NCBI GenBank assembly: GCA_036172245.1
Contig: JAYWIR010000020.1
Coordinates: 868,001-932,000 of the forward strand
DNA from: Raillietiella orientalis
Lineage: Eukaryota
Length of the DNA stretch: 64,000 nucleotides
Direction of reading: 5' to 3'
Of this stretch, positions 14,201 through 27,300 are shown one piece after another (positions within the stretch are counted from its first letter, which is position 1; every line of letters begins with the position of its first letter). The position numbers and the translations under genes are program-made. The notes under the pieces were generated by a model, which was not told the origin of the DNA, did not search any database, and saw only the letters and a program-made list of their open reading frames with translations.

Positions 14201-14949
14201 GTCCAAATAGGAAGCCTGCAACGTTGATTCTCTGTGCAGGAATTCGGTCATTCCATCATTTTGCTTTCGATGCAACGCTTTGGTACGGAAAGAGGGCGCG
14301 GAGTGCATGGTCTTCTCGTAACTCGTGCTTGCCTTGTTGAGCACGGATGACCTTCAAGACTGAAGGCTCTGAGGCGAAAGGGCACCTATGAACTCGGAGA
14401 GAAGCAGCAAACGCTTCATCTGCAGGGATTGTTCGCTCATAACGTGAGATGCCTGATGTTGGCGGAGACAAAATCTCATCGAGGAGGTGGACGAGCTTCC
14501 TATTGAATCTAGAGCATTAGCCACGACTTACGGGGCCTGCAAAACCGAAGCTCTCCCCCCCACATCTGCTCAACCCACATGGAAAGTCGCCTCCCGGCGA
14601 AAAGATGCTCGAATCTTCCGAGACGAAGCAGACAAGCAGGGAAGTAACTGGATGCTATTGCGCCAACGCAGTGACTGTTTCCATTGTTAGTAACAGATCC
14701 ATAAATCTCGCAGAACGGGCGCATCTCTCAGCCCATCTGAGAGATGGGTATCATCTTGAGATTCAATTCCCCAAACCTGAGTGAGTTTCTGCCATCTCCA
14801 CGCCCCACCCACAACTGAGGCCTGACCACAAGTTGCCCTTTCTACAGACATAGCCAAAAGAAGGCTGAAGCCATTTTCTCCTCGCTCGGGTAGCCGCTAG
14901 TCGCTCTCGGTGCAGATGACTCCAGAGGTAATTCAGGCTTTACCGTTGG

Positions 14950-17900
14950 AATCTCAGTAAGGCCGTCCGCGCCATCCTTCACAGACGGCCTGTTCGGTAT
15001 GAAAAACGCACCCTGAGGTCATTCAGAAATGCCTTTCTGACTTGTCCCAAGCTCCAGAGAACTTTGCCCTAACTCCCTCGCATCTCCCTCTGGCCACGAG
15101 AACGTAGGTGATGTCTTCGTTCTCCCAACATTTTTCGAAGTTCTTTCGAAATACGACAAATACGACATGCTTCCAGTTGGACGTCCAGTCGCAAAATGGG
15201 GCGAGCAATTGTGGGTCTTCCGGAGGACCCGTCGGACGACCTCCCCAAATGAACGAGATGCCTCAGCGGGAAAGTTTGGCTGCTTTGTCGATGAAGTAGT
15301 CAAGTCGGCCGAAGTCCAGGAGGACGTGAGGATTGCTCTTATTGGACAACTGGCCTTTCGCAGAGGAAACCTGTTGGATCACGGAAATCGGAAAGTTTCT
15401 CGTCTCTTCTTTTCCCCCTTCTACCGACAGATTTCTATCCTTTCTGATGGGCCTATTGGCCCATTGCTGAGTTACGATGTCCAGGGGACTGCTGGAGATG
15501 TTGATCGGTACTGATTTTTTTTCCTCCCTGTACCATCAGCCGCTGTTCACTGGGGATCCAGCAGCAGCCTAGAGCCGCTAACAGAAGTCTATCGAGAGGT
15601 CTTCTCAGAGACCTTGTTACTTTTACATTCACCTCAAAAGGAAATCCAAATTAACAATGAACCCCAGCATTCTTACCTGGATCTTTCTCTCTCACGTAGG
15701 ATGCCCTATTCCGGATCTTCCGTTCATAGCAAATCCGAAGGATTGCTTTCTGAGAGCAAAACCACATTTCGCGCCGATCCCCATTGAAAACAATCAGGAA
15801 ATTCGATCCTCCGTGTCTGGAATCCTTTTTTGCATCTCTTGAGGAGATGCTATTGCGTGCATAGTACGTAGAAAGCACTCCAAGATCTCGTTTTGAGGAC
15901 GGGGAATGCAGATGGTGAGCGAAGACATTTTCCCCTTTTCCCCCTAGATGCGACCTCTCATACTTGATGACGTCACTGCAGCATGTATGAGATTTCAGAA
16001 GGAATCGGGACGGAGGCCCCCGAGAAGGAAAGGAGGATGCTCTTCGGACGCTCCGATTGGCTCCAAACTTTGCGCTTGAAGCTTCCGTCGGCTCGACTAT
16101 CAGGAAACGCTCGGGAAGTGTTCGGGGAGCGAAGTGCTTACGGAGGAGCTGGCGTCTTCTCCTAGGTAAGGAAGAGGAGAGGTCGTGAAGACGTCCTTCA
16201 GGAATCGAGCTGCCACCTGAGGAGTCCCTTCCGCGGTCCCGACCGTTCTTCTCCATCCGAGTTTTCTCGGAGTTAGTCGAGATGTATTTGGGGCTGCCTC
16301 CTCCGATGGCTGCCGACTTCTCTGGATGCTGCCTCCCGAACATGTGTTTCTCCGCTCCGCAGCTCGCTCAAGAGGGCCCCTCATGGTCATCCCCTGGGGT
16401 GACACCAAGCCTTCTGCATTTCCACGCGGGTGCGCGGAGGTCCGCTTCATGCTGACTCCGAGACGAGGAAGCGTGGGTGTCTTTGCTGACCGTCTGGAAG
16501 GGTGCTGCGCCATAGTGGCGCAATCTCTGCTGATCGCCACGGGAGTCGGCGCTGAGCGAGCGCGAAACGCTCTTTCCAGTACGCCCTTTCACTTCGAGCT
16601 CTCGTTTGATCCAAAGGAGCTGTCGTTCGCCTGAGGCCAGAGATACCACCCGCGGTCAGTGCCAGCAGCCCTTGCTCCATCCTGGGAGATCGACTCCTCT
16701 TCTTCCGATGTTCACAAGCGAATGGCGAATGGGACCGAACTTAGATTCTCTGAGAGTCCCTGAGGGCTGAGCGAGCGGTTGGGAGCACGGACGATAAGGA
16801 GGGAGTCGTTTCCTCCGTTTCCTGAAGTACTGGAAACCGGTCACCGGACTCACAGCCGGACCGACTCCAGTTGGATCACCTGCGATGGTCATGAGGCACT
16901 CAGCTTCTTCCGGTCTGGACACTTCACTGAGCAGCGGTGGTTCCCGCCCTTCCTTTCGCCATCCCTGGCCTGGCTAGATGGGAGGCCAGACTGCACCAAG
17001 CTCCCTTCGCGTTTCCTCTCGCCTGTTAGGAGGAACCTGCTGCTCCTCCCGACAGGGTGAACCCATGGCGATGGAAGGGGTAGGAGCCCCTCATCCCGTT
17101 GCCCGCGGCGGCACGTCGCCGTATCCTCGCCACGCCGTTGCCGCTTCTCGGCCGCTCTCAGGAGTTCCTCCGCGAGTATCGCTGCCCGGGCAACGCGGGG
17201 AAGCCTTATGCGGTCCTGGAGGGAGAGGTGTGGGTCGGGCGCGGTCTGGAACGATCGTATGGCCTCGATAGAACCATTGCTCCTCCCCTTTCCCGAGGGG
17301 GAAGTGAGAACAGGAAGGGAGAGGACGGCTTTCCATGGCACGTTGCACTCCTGGCCGTGCCCCTCTGTAGGAGAGGCTTCCACACAGTCAGCTGCTGTCC
17401 CCTGAGGAGAGAGCCCTTCCGAAAACTCCTCTTCCTCCCTTTCCCTCACATCTCGGAACAGGGGCCAGCGGAAAGCTAAGAGGGAGGCGCTGGACAGCAG
17501 TAGGCCGGTACCTTCGACGAAGAGCTCTCCCTCCTCCTGCCATGGGGGGAATCGATCGGGAGTAGCGCTTCGTTTGCTCCCGCCATCTTAGTAGAAGAAT
17601 ACGGTTCCCCTCCCCCTTCTTCTCCTCCCATCTTGCTCTCTCGAGCGCAGCGCCCCAGATCCTCCTCCTGTTCCTCTTCATCCTCGATCTCTCCCATCCA
17701 CTTCTGCCTTTTCACTCCCCGCTGTCTACGGCTCTGCCTGCCTCCTTCTTCGACTCCGAGCGCCATCTCCAGGAAATGCCCATATACCTCCTTGGTTCCT
17801 TCTCCCCTGCCTTCCTTCTCCGCTCCTGTCCTCCTGGACGCGGTTCGCCCAAGCCTCTCCCTCGCGGACGGGGAACCGCCGCGCGGGTCTGGATCTGTCC

Positions 17901-20795
17901 GGCCTGAGCCCCGGAAGGGTTTCCCTGGAGAGGCGAGGGAGAGAGGCGTCAGGATCGACCCGCGTCGCGAGGGGCCGCTCTCCCTGGACGAGTTCCGGCC
18001 TCAGGCACACACCGACCCACTTTCACGCGGTGAAGGCCGGCCTCGCCGGCCTCCTTCCACGCGCCTCGGGGAACGCACGACAGGGCGCTGAGTGTCATCG
18101 GTGCTGCCCGTCGCTCATGCGAGACCGGGCGCTCCGGGGGCCGGAGGACTGCCCGCTGTTCCCCGCGGTCGCCCGCAACGATTCCGGGAGCTCCAATATG
18201 GTGGGGGATCTCAGCGCGCATCTCGCATCCGCGCAAGAGAGGTGCAAGAAGGGTTTTTTCCTTGACCCCAGTTCAGGAGGAGGGGGAGGGGAAGATTCGG
18301 AATAGGAGTCGGGAGCCTGGGAGGAGAGGGGGGGTCCATGCAGGTTTGTTCCTCTGGTTCTATCCCCATTCCCCACTTCCGGGAGAGGATTTTCCTCGTC
18401 CCTTGCGGGACGCCGCAGGCAGTGACAGGGAGAGGGAAGCCTCATATGTGTTTTTTTTTGGCCTTCTTCCCAGGTCGCACCCGCACGATGGCGCCACGCG
18501 GCGGCGGGCCGGTCGCGCGCACTCCGAACGGTGCCAGCCGTGCCGCGCGCTTCCATTCCAGCTCATTCGGGCGAGAGCGCGCCAGCAGGAAGGAGTGGCG
18601 CCTTCTCTCCTTTTCGCGTGCATTTCTTACGCACCCGCGCCTCTCGCCATGAGGAGGGTCGTCGGTCCACTTCGCTCGGGAAGTGCCAGGGCGGAGGACG
18701 CGGCCCTCCCTTCGCTGCCGCGACTCCGCCTCCTCCCCGGATAGCGGGTGAGCGAGGCGGGCCTGATCCCTGTCGTCACAGCGACCGGTCAAGTTCCTCC
18801 GTGGGATCGTTTCCTTCAGCACGGAAGGTCCGCCGTGCGTCACTCGCGTGCTGACGTCAGCGTCCTGATCTGGCGGATTCGGAAACGACGCTCGCGTCCA
18901 CTGTTACGTAGGAGGAGCAAGGAGATCCGGTCGGGGAGCAGGAAGTCGAGGGAGGGAAGGAGGAGGCGGAACGGGAGGTTTGCGACATCACAGGGTCGTC
19001 GTCGCGGCCACTGACAGTGCGGAATCCCCGGAGGCAAAGCGACAGACGAAACGACCTCCAGCCCAATGAGATGGGCAGCCCAGCAACAAAACAGCTCCGC
19101 GTATCACAAGAAGACGCGCGCGTGCACACACAAAAAAAAATCAAAGCGAAATGGAAGGCGGAGGAGGAGGAAGAAGAAAGGGCGGGGGGAGAGATCCGAA
19201 TTCCTTTCCGCATCCATTCAAGGCTGTGCCTCTCTCTCTCTCTCTCTCCATGAGATGCCGTGGCAACCGTCAGCGAAACCGAACCTTCGCCTTCTCGAAT
19301 GGCTCGGCGGCTCCGCACAGCAGCAGCAGCACGTGAGCCGCCTGCTCCCAATATCTTCCCCTCCTCTCCCGGGTTCTCCTCCCTCCTGCAGACTCGCGTC
19401 GCGGATATCCTGGCGCTAGGAAACCTTGGGGTTCGTAGCTGGAGAGCCCCACGACGGCGGCGAGGGAGCGTTCGAATCCTTCACTCCTCCCACCCTTCGC
19501 GTTGCGCACAGCGCGGGCAGGGCGCAGCGACGCCCCCGAGGAGGTACCCGTCCTGAAGTGCGCCCCATTCGGGGAGGGAGATGGAGCACTGGAGAAGGAA
19601 GGACCTCGGAAGAAATCTGCAGTGCCTCCGAGCTCTTAGACGCGAAGCGGGGTGATAGCAGTCCGTACCCCTCATGCTGCTGCCCCGAGTGGGCGGGACC
19701 TCGCCACTCCCCCCAACGGGGGTTTCACCTCATTGAAAGGGAGAGGAGGAAACGGGGGTCGCCCTTCTTCCGTCGCTGTCCCATCGCCGCTTGGATGCTC
19801 TCAGGAAACCCTCTGCAAGGACCGCTGCAGGGACAACGCGGGGTGGGAGGATACCCGGAGGGTCGCCGACTTTTTCTCTGCTGAGTTGCCGCCGCTCGGT
19901 CGCCAAGTGGCCGCGAATCCCCTGAGGCAGCCGGAGCGAGCTGGTGCCGCGCCAAAGGAGCCACTGTTGGGCCAGCGAGGGCTCTCTCCCGCGCTCAAAG
20001 CCAGAACCGCATCGCCCCGGAAATCCTCCAGTGATGGAGGACAAGCTGATCCTGAGGGAGAAGGGAGCGAAAAGGCTCACGAGGCAGCGGCGGAGCGCGT
20101 CGAGGAGGTGTCCATGGTCTCGAGGCGCGTTCGGTAAGGGCGAGGGGAACGGTGAACAGTCGCTATCCTGGGGAATCCCTGCGCCGATCCAGAGCCACGA
20201 GCTGCTGCAAAGGGGCAGGGGCGGCATTTCCCTGGACGAGGCCTCCTCCGGTGCACCCTCTCCTCCCGCTCTCCAGAGGGATGGGAGCAGGGACGACCCA
20301 GGTGGCGTTTGCTCCCGTGTCCACCCTTCCCCAACCGACCCCTTCCTCTCCCCTAGCGTCTCTCTGCACCGTTCCCTCCCACCGTCCCTCACTCACACGC
20401 GCGCCCAGTATCTTCAGCGCTCTTCTTCCAGCCTCCCCTGCAGCGTTATCCAGGTGGGGTGACCCACGCGTCCCAGTCTCCTGATCTGACCCCTGCGATT
20501 GGACTCCCTGGACTTTATCGAGGGAATTCCACCTCATCCTTTGCTGCCACTTCTGCCTGACCACATCTTTGCCCAACCTTCCACCCTTCAGCCATACATT
20601 GCCTTCCCCCTCCACCCTGAGATCGCCTTCTACGACGATCGACTTCCCCTAATGCGGGAGACCCCTACTCCACTAACCATCAATTCGGCAAGCAGCATGC
20701 CCGCTTATTTCTCTTCTAGCAGCTAACCCCTAGCCACCAATCACCAATCTACCTAGCCCTAACGCTTCTATCCTAGGGGAGTTTGAAATAAACAA
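14950..20795 (+). mobile_element. Decayed near full-length L1/Tx1-like non-LTR retrotransposon (copy A)
   Basis: Colinear broken motifs: ORF1 knuckle-like SYDVQGT/CWRC (~15470), APE-like ILGD (~16680), RT APGAGGLPA (~18130), AFFPGRT (~18460), SRADVSVLI resembling YADD (~18845), and AATAAA at 20787-20792. Many frameshifts and an internal low-complexity insertion at ~19020-19330. Boundaries approximate. Confidence 0.65.
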
Positions 20796-20849
20796 ACGGA
20801 ACGTATCAGGAGAGGTCAGACTATCACAGAGAAAATCAGGGAGAGGAGG

Positions 20850-22050
20850 AGGATGGCGGCTTCACTCGTCACTGAAGGCATGGCTCCTTGAGCGCCTTGG
20901 TGACACAGATGCGGCGGCGCAAGATGACGGCAGCTGCCGCGAGGCCGAGAGAGCTCATTCTGGGGACGCGTCTGGAAGAGAGGGGGATCCTCCTTCTACT
21001 GCGCGCAGGAAGAACCCCCACCACCTCCTTTCCCGCAGCGGGTCAGTTTGACCGAGCAGAGGCCCTCCTCACACCGAGCAGCCGGGCAGCTCCTTCCGGT
21101 AGGCTCGGGAAATTCCCGCCATACCCTTCCCAGAGAGACGCCCGGCGCCACAGCCAGGATGGCGCACCCACTTCCTCGGGCCGGAGATCGCGTCCCCAAG
21201 GGAGACTCTACCGAGACGAGCCGCTCAGTGTCTGTTCACGTCGTGCACGGGCCCGAGTGCCGCCCGAACTCCCGCTGCCTCCCGCGTTGGCGGCAACGCG
21301 GCGACGAGCGTCGCGGGTTCGAATCCCACCTGGAGAAAGAGCGAAGCTGAGAACGAAAGGTGCGTCGTGAGTTTCCAGTTCTCCGCCGCAGCATGACGCG
21401 GATTCATCCATGGGCTTTGGGTGTGGCAGCACTGGAGGAATCCAGGAACCGGATGCCCCCTCCATGAGTGCCGGAATTGGAAGTTGGCTTCCTCTCCGGA
21501 GTTCTTCCAGGAATCAAGGAGTCCCTCGGGACTCCCCTCCAATTGTGAAACGGAGCCGCCTGCTTCCCCAAATGGGGAGATCTCCCCATCTCGAAGCATG
21601 GAGCTGGTGGTTCAGCACCTCTCCAGAGTGCCAAGAAGCGCACTCCCTCCGGGGAGCGCCCTGCAGAGAAAATTCGGAAGAGCCCCTTCGGGGTTCCCTT
21701 CAGAGGAGGAAAACGGGAGCCGTTCCTTTCCGGGTGCACTCCGGAGAAGAAATTCCCGAACGGATCCCTTCCGGCGTCCCTCCAGAGAGAAAAAGGAAGA
21801 GGATGATCTCTTCGGGGTTCTCTACCAAGCATGAGAGGAACGGACTCCTTCCTCCAGAGCCTTCCTGGATTCACCTGGGGTCACCCTCTACTCGAAGCAC
21901 TCCTCGATCCCTCACACGCACCGTCGGGTGACTTGAGAACAGCATTGAAGTGCTTGGTGAGTCCCCTCTGAGGGAACTCTCAGGGAGGTGGGAGGTTCTT
22001 CAGCACTCAGCGAGCCGAAAAATAGAAAGAAAGAAAAGAGCTGCAGAGAC
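20850..22050 (+). mobile_element. ORF1 (gag-like) fragment of an L1/Tx1-like LINE (copy B) with internal ~41-bp tandem repeats
   Basis: Knuckle-like FGCGSTG..CP at ~21415-21460, then a Pro/Ser/Glu-rich repetitive linker and a Lys-rich end. Clear nucleotide similarity to 63450-63990 (inverted) and 32100-32270. Confidence 0.55.
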
Positions 22051-22099
22051 GGCAGCAAACGCAGAGGAACCCGAAAGAGTTCCTATCGAACTAGGTCAA

Positions 22100-23990
22100 T
22101 AGAAATAGGTCTGCTTCCCCGCCTAGGGCGAGAGGAGACCCCCTTTCGAGGATCTGGCGCTCAGCGCTGCTTCCGGCGCCGAGCCATCAGGGCGTCCTGC
22201 TTTCCGTTGCCAAAGTGCGGTGTCCCGGACTGGAGGAGCATCAGTTCTGGCGCGGCAGCCTGCTTCATCAGGAAGAGCCTGCTGCCGCCCAGTAAGACGA
22301 TCCTAGCCGCCCTCTGAAAACGTCCGGAGCACGTCGCGCCGTCGCAGAAGCGCCTCCCGAGAGCATGCCAGGACACGCGGGGAAAGCGCCTCCCGTGCAT
22401 CGGAAATGGGGAGGGGGGAAAGGAAGGGATGCTGTTACCACTGGGGTCTCAAGCTTTCCCACGATTTACCTGACCATCCCTTTTGAGTAGTCCATCGGTC
22501 GGAGGTACTTCACCGCACCAGCTCCCACTCAAGAGCGACGGAGGTGGCGAAGGAGCCCCCAGTGCTTCGAAGGGAGCTGTTCCTGCATCCCCATCTTCCT
22601 TCTCCTCCCTTCCCCCGCTGCTGTTCGTACGTAGCGGACAAGGAGGAGGTGACCGGTGGGGGCCAAGAGGTTAGCAGCTTGCTTTGCGGGTGCAGGGGGA
22701 CATCTTCGAGAGGGCAGGACGCCCTTTTCTGGGACGCCCCCTCCAGGAGCTCTCACGGTGCAGCCCTGTAATCGTTGGCACTCGAGGGGGATCTACGGAG
22801 AACCAGCAAGAAGGCAACTTGCATCTGGCAGAGCAGCGAAAGCGTAGAGGAATCCGCCACCCACGCCAGGGAGAGCGTCGTCGTCCTCCTGTCCTCTGCT
22901 GAGTGCGTTGCGTTGCCACCGCTGCCCCCTTCTCAGCCGCCTCGCAGCTCCGCCTTGCGGAGGACCCGCCGTAAGCTCCTCATTGTGTCCTGGAACCCGG
23001 GATCCAAGGATCAGGATCCTGGAGTGCTGTTCCCGGGAGACGGTAGGTCGCTGCCTGAAAGTGATCCTTCGGCGCATGTTCCCCAGTGAGGCCGGCCGGA
23101 AAGGAGGCTGCATCCACTCCCTACCGACCTCTCCCTCCCCATCCGCTGCGCTGGGTTTACGTGCGTCGTGGACTCAGGGCGACGCATGCGCACGGCCGCG
23201 TGCGAGCGAGCGAGCCTGCTGAGAATCGCCGTCCGCTTGACAGTGGCTGGTCTCCGAGCTGGGCACGATGGCACCCTCTGCAGCTCGGCGCGCATTTCGT
23301 GGCTCGCTCTTCATCATCTTGAACTGATCTTCCCCCTCCCCGCCCCACCCCACCCTCAACACCGTCGGGGGCGTGGAGTGTTGCGCGGATGATAGAGGAG
23401 AGCGTGGTATCCAGAATGTTCCAGTTGCTTCCCGCGTGACCGCGCCGAAACACCCCTTCCCTCCTAACCGATTCGCTGTCCCCCTACCTCCCTTCATGAG
23501 GGTGCATCAGCTCGTAGGGAGGCATTGTCCGCGCCTCCTGAGAAGTGCAGACCGGGTCTACTTACGATGCCGAGCTAGGTGGTCGTGCGGCAGGAGAGAT
23601 CATCCCCCCTCTCCCTCCCCACGGGGACCGGAGAACGCTCTCACTGTGGGGCGCGCGGCAGAACCCGGGAAATGGAGATACGTGCCCGGTAAGGTTTTGC
23701 GCCCTTATCCAACAACGTGCACCATCGGACGCCGGGGCAAGCAGGATGCACTGGGAAGGAGGCGAAGCGCTGGCGGTGGCGAAGACACCGGCCACTCTGC
23801 TCTGCTCTCCGGCGAGGGCGGAGACGGAGACTCTCTTCCGGTTCGTGATGACTTTAAGAGTGGTTTTCCCGTGCCTCGGGGTGCCTCATATGCTGCTTGT
23901 ACATCTGAGACATCTCTCAGTCGCTCTAGGAGGCTGCTCCGACGCTTGCGACGGCGAGGCAGGAGCGGGCTGTGTAGGAATCTGTAAGCA
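22100..23990 (-). mobile_element. 3' half of ORF2 of a decayed L1/Tx1-like LINE (copy C)
   Basis: Minus-strand fragments in expected order: AAYEAPRGTGKPLLKS (like YExASGxKxNxxKS), ATLHAPDGVEGGVG (like TLCLPxxxGGLG), then a C-terminal hydrophobic segment. Confidence 0.5.
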
Positions 23991-24399
23991 CACACTTCAT
24001 CAGCGATGTCCCAATTCCACGTCCCAGTATGGCGTTTTTTTTGTTTTTTTCTTTGTTTTTTAGAAAACACATTCGAATCGGGAGGGAGGGGAAGAATAAA
24101 GAAGGAAAGAATACTTCTTCTACTGGATGAAAAAAAAAATCTTTAAGACCCATGTAGGGCTACACGTCTCTGTTGCTGCACCTCATCGACGTAAGGGTCA
24201 AACTTCTTTCCTTCCTTCGTCATTTGACTTGGTCTCCGGCGTCCTTTTGCATGCTCTTCCCGCTGCGAAAGCCATCCCACGTCTTAATGGGAAAAGCTGC
24301 GCGTCGACGTGCGTGGCTGCTGGAGAGCGCTCTGCCCTCCCCAAGGATGTACTGCTCCCTATGATGGCAGTTGCCCAAGGATCGTCAGAGATGCCTGCA

Positions 24400-27300
24400 G
24401 GGTCGATCCGCAGCCTTGCTGATCCACGCTGATTCCCACTCGGGAAACGTTCCCGTTTTCCATTCGCCGCCGCTGGCGGACGATGAGAGCGTGCGTCCCA
24501 CGCATACCCACAACCTACGGACTGGAGTCCCGGATGAAGTTTCGCAGGAGCTTGTCGCAAAAGTCGTGTGGGCTCGATGAAACCACCGTGCGGGGGCGTC
24601 GCCGATGCGAAGATTTCTTCAGGAACCATACGGGCTCGCTCACCGTTGCATCCCTGATTTCAGATTTTGCGAGGAGAAGGTGGGGGCTCGGCTGGGATGC
24701 AGACGCTGCCGTTCGAAGAACTAAGCGGTCCTGTGCTATGGGGGAAATCACACATCAGTCCATCCTCCTTCTTCCCTTCAGACCCCAAATGATGTGAAGG
24801 AGCTGTCGAGCCCAAGATAAAAGCTGAGAGGTAGAGCTTCAGGAGTGTCGGTTCCTGCATGGGAGCACACGAATTCAGGGAGCTTGCTTATTCCTTGGTG
24901 TAGTGATTCCACAAACACCTGTTCCTTCAGATCCATCTCAACAGCCCGTTTGCGTAGAAACATGAAGGTCTAGGGGGTGGGGAGATTCCGCTGCCCGTGT
25001 TTTCACGGAAATCTCCAGGCAGCCGACAGCACAAGAGACGACGGTTCGGGCTGTCCCACGGAGAAGATTGTCCAAGGTGTTTCTTTTGGAACGCAGTACC
25101 GGCAGCCCTGCACTGAGTCAGGGAACTCCCGAGGAACCGCTGGATGGGAGCAGACTGGCGAGCCTTCTCTTGTCCTTCCCGGCAGAACCAGCATGCAGGT
25201 GATGCAGGTGACAGCCAACGTGTCCCCCGCTCTCCCTGAAGCCAAGGGCGAGGTTCTTCCGAGAGCACGAGGACCTTCTGGACCCAAAGCTGCTGAAGAG
25301 CCGCCCTCCGGAAGTGGTTCGCTCCATGGCCTCGAAAGTTCGAGTTCAGCCCTCAAGCGGGTTCCGACAGAAAAGTCCAGGAGAAGTGGAGGCTGCTTCG
25401 GGGACCGCCTTTAAAATTCGGAACCTCGGAAGAGCCCGAAGCTTTCGAATTGCTGGCCACTGCGAGCGGAGTACCCAAGAGCGAAGAACTGCTGACCACT
25501 TCCAGCTGCATCCAGCGTCACCATGCGCGAGGATCTTCCGGCTAACGGGCCTCGTAACGGACGGCTGCTCGAAGGCACCGTCAGCAGCACTGCAACGGTC
25601 ATCAGAGGACCTCCTGGTCGCAGTAGGCTGGCATTCCCGAGGTTCCGGATTCACCGAGTGAGCAGTGGGCAAGAGTTGGGTGTGAACGGATAGAATCAGT
25701 TGGTGGATGAGGTCAAGTGATTGCATGGGGTAGGCGGGTCCATGTGGCACTTCTCTCCACCTGCACGTCTTTTACTCAACATTCATCAGGTGGTTATATC
25801 GACTCTGCATACTTGAAGATGCGAGATTACGCATCCTCGTTAGCATTGATGTGCTTCCTTCCTACCGTGGGATCCTCCCCCACCAGTGCCCAGAAATGCC
25901 CCCCTCTCAGAATACTGATTAGCAGTCCTGCTTTCTGGAAGGATGCGACAGTCGCAGCAACAGCAGCGTCTCTCCAAAAAAAAAGAAAAGAAAAGAAATC
26001 AGGCTGCGGTTCGAAATGCTCACAAGGAAACACTGCCATCTGTACGTAGTTATATCAACTGCCTCGTCTGCCACCCTCCTGTAAAGAGAGCAAGTACACC
26101 CGTATGAGTACACAGGTATGCAAACAGATGTACGCGTACGGGAATCCATATTCGCCTGATGCCTTTTGGCTACCTAGGCCTGCGGACGCGTTTGTACAAA
26201 CGTTGTTCGTGTACCCTGTACAGTACGCTTCCAGAAACACAGCGGGACTCACGGAGCCAAGTCCTGGATTGGCTTGATCGATTTTCGCTATCTCTCCCCC
26301 CTTTCGAACCAAGCCCCACGATGGCCGACTGCCATCGGCGTCTGGCTACCGGTCCAGATACCCCCGTGTCGTTTAGCACTGCGACCTTTGCACCGGGAAT
26401 CGCGAGAAGCGGGGATCGATGTCCCTTCCCCCGAGGAGGGATGACGAGAAGCGGGATGCGACGAAAGGCAGGCGCTGCGTTTCTGTGAGGGGAGAGGGGG
26501 TCGGGTCAGAATTTCCAGCGTCTCCCTGGCCGCCGTTGCCGACCGTCCCCGCCGGCAGGCGCCGCCGAAGGACCGGTCCTCCTCCGCGAAGGCGCACCCC
26601 GACAGCGCCTCTCGGGTGCAAGAGACCTCGCCTCCGAGTTTTGCCCCACCGCCTCGTCGTCGCATCCTCTCGGCGGAGCGTGCGAATCCGCGCACCCGCC
26701 GCTCCCATTCGGGGACCGCAGTGGCTGCGTTTCCTTCCTTGGTCCTGCGAATCTCTCCACTGCGCCGCATCGGATGACTCAGGGTTTCCGGGTCGCATCG
26801 CGGGCTGCTGGAGAAGGAGCGCAGGTTAACAAAAGCGGTGCTAAACTCGATCCCCCCCCCCTCCCTCCCATCTCTCTTCCTCCGGCGTCTCGGGTTTCGT
26901 CCTCGCAAGACGTCAGCGCCGCTCTCTGCCGTGCTCCCATGGAAATGAATTCGTTCCTTCGAGGCTCCGCCGTCCGCTCTCCCCACCTCCGTATCCGTGT
27001 ACAGCGTCCAAGGTGCGCGCTCCCTTCGGCCGGGAGTTTCAGAGCAGTCGACTCTCCGCTATCGATCTTGCGACCAGGATGCTCCGAGGAACGGAGCTGC
27101 TGCTGCTCGTTGCCGCCGTCTTCTCTCTACGGCTCCCCTCCCCCTTCTCTCTCTCGCTGTTTCAACGACGGCAACTGGCAACCTTACTGGACGCGGGACT
27201 GCTTTCCCGCGGATCCGAGAACGAACTCCCCGACGCAGATCCTCTCGGGACTCTGAAAAGACGTGCAACTTTCAAGGCGAATTTTCCCACTTCGCCTTGA

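Noticed and set aside
21290..21335. tRNA T-arm-like GCGGGTTCGAATCCCAC
   Set aside because: No acceptor stem, D-arm or anticodon arm could be folded, and it lies within a LINE ORF1 fragment.
21645..21820. Regularly spaced palindromic repeats as a CRISPR array
   Set aside because: Eukaryotic context, degenerate ~10-bp cores, spacers similar to each other, and no cas genes.
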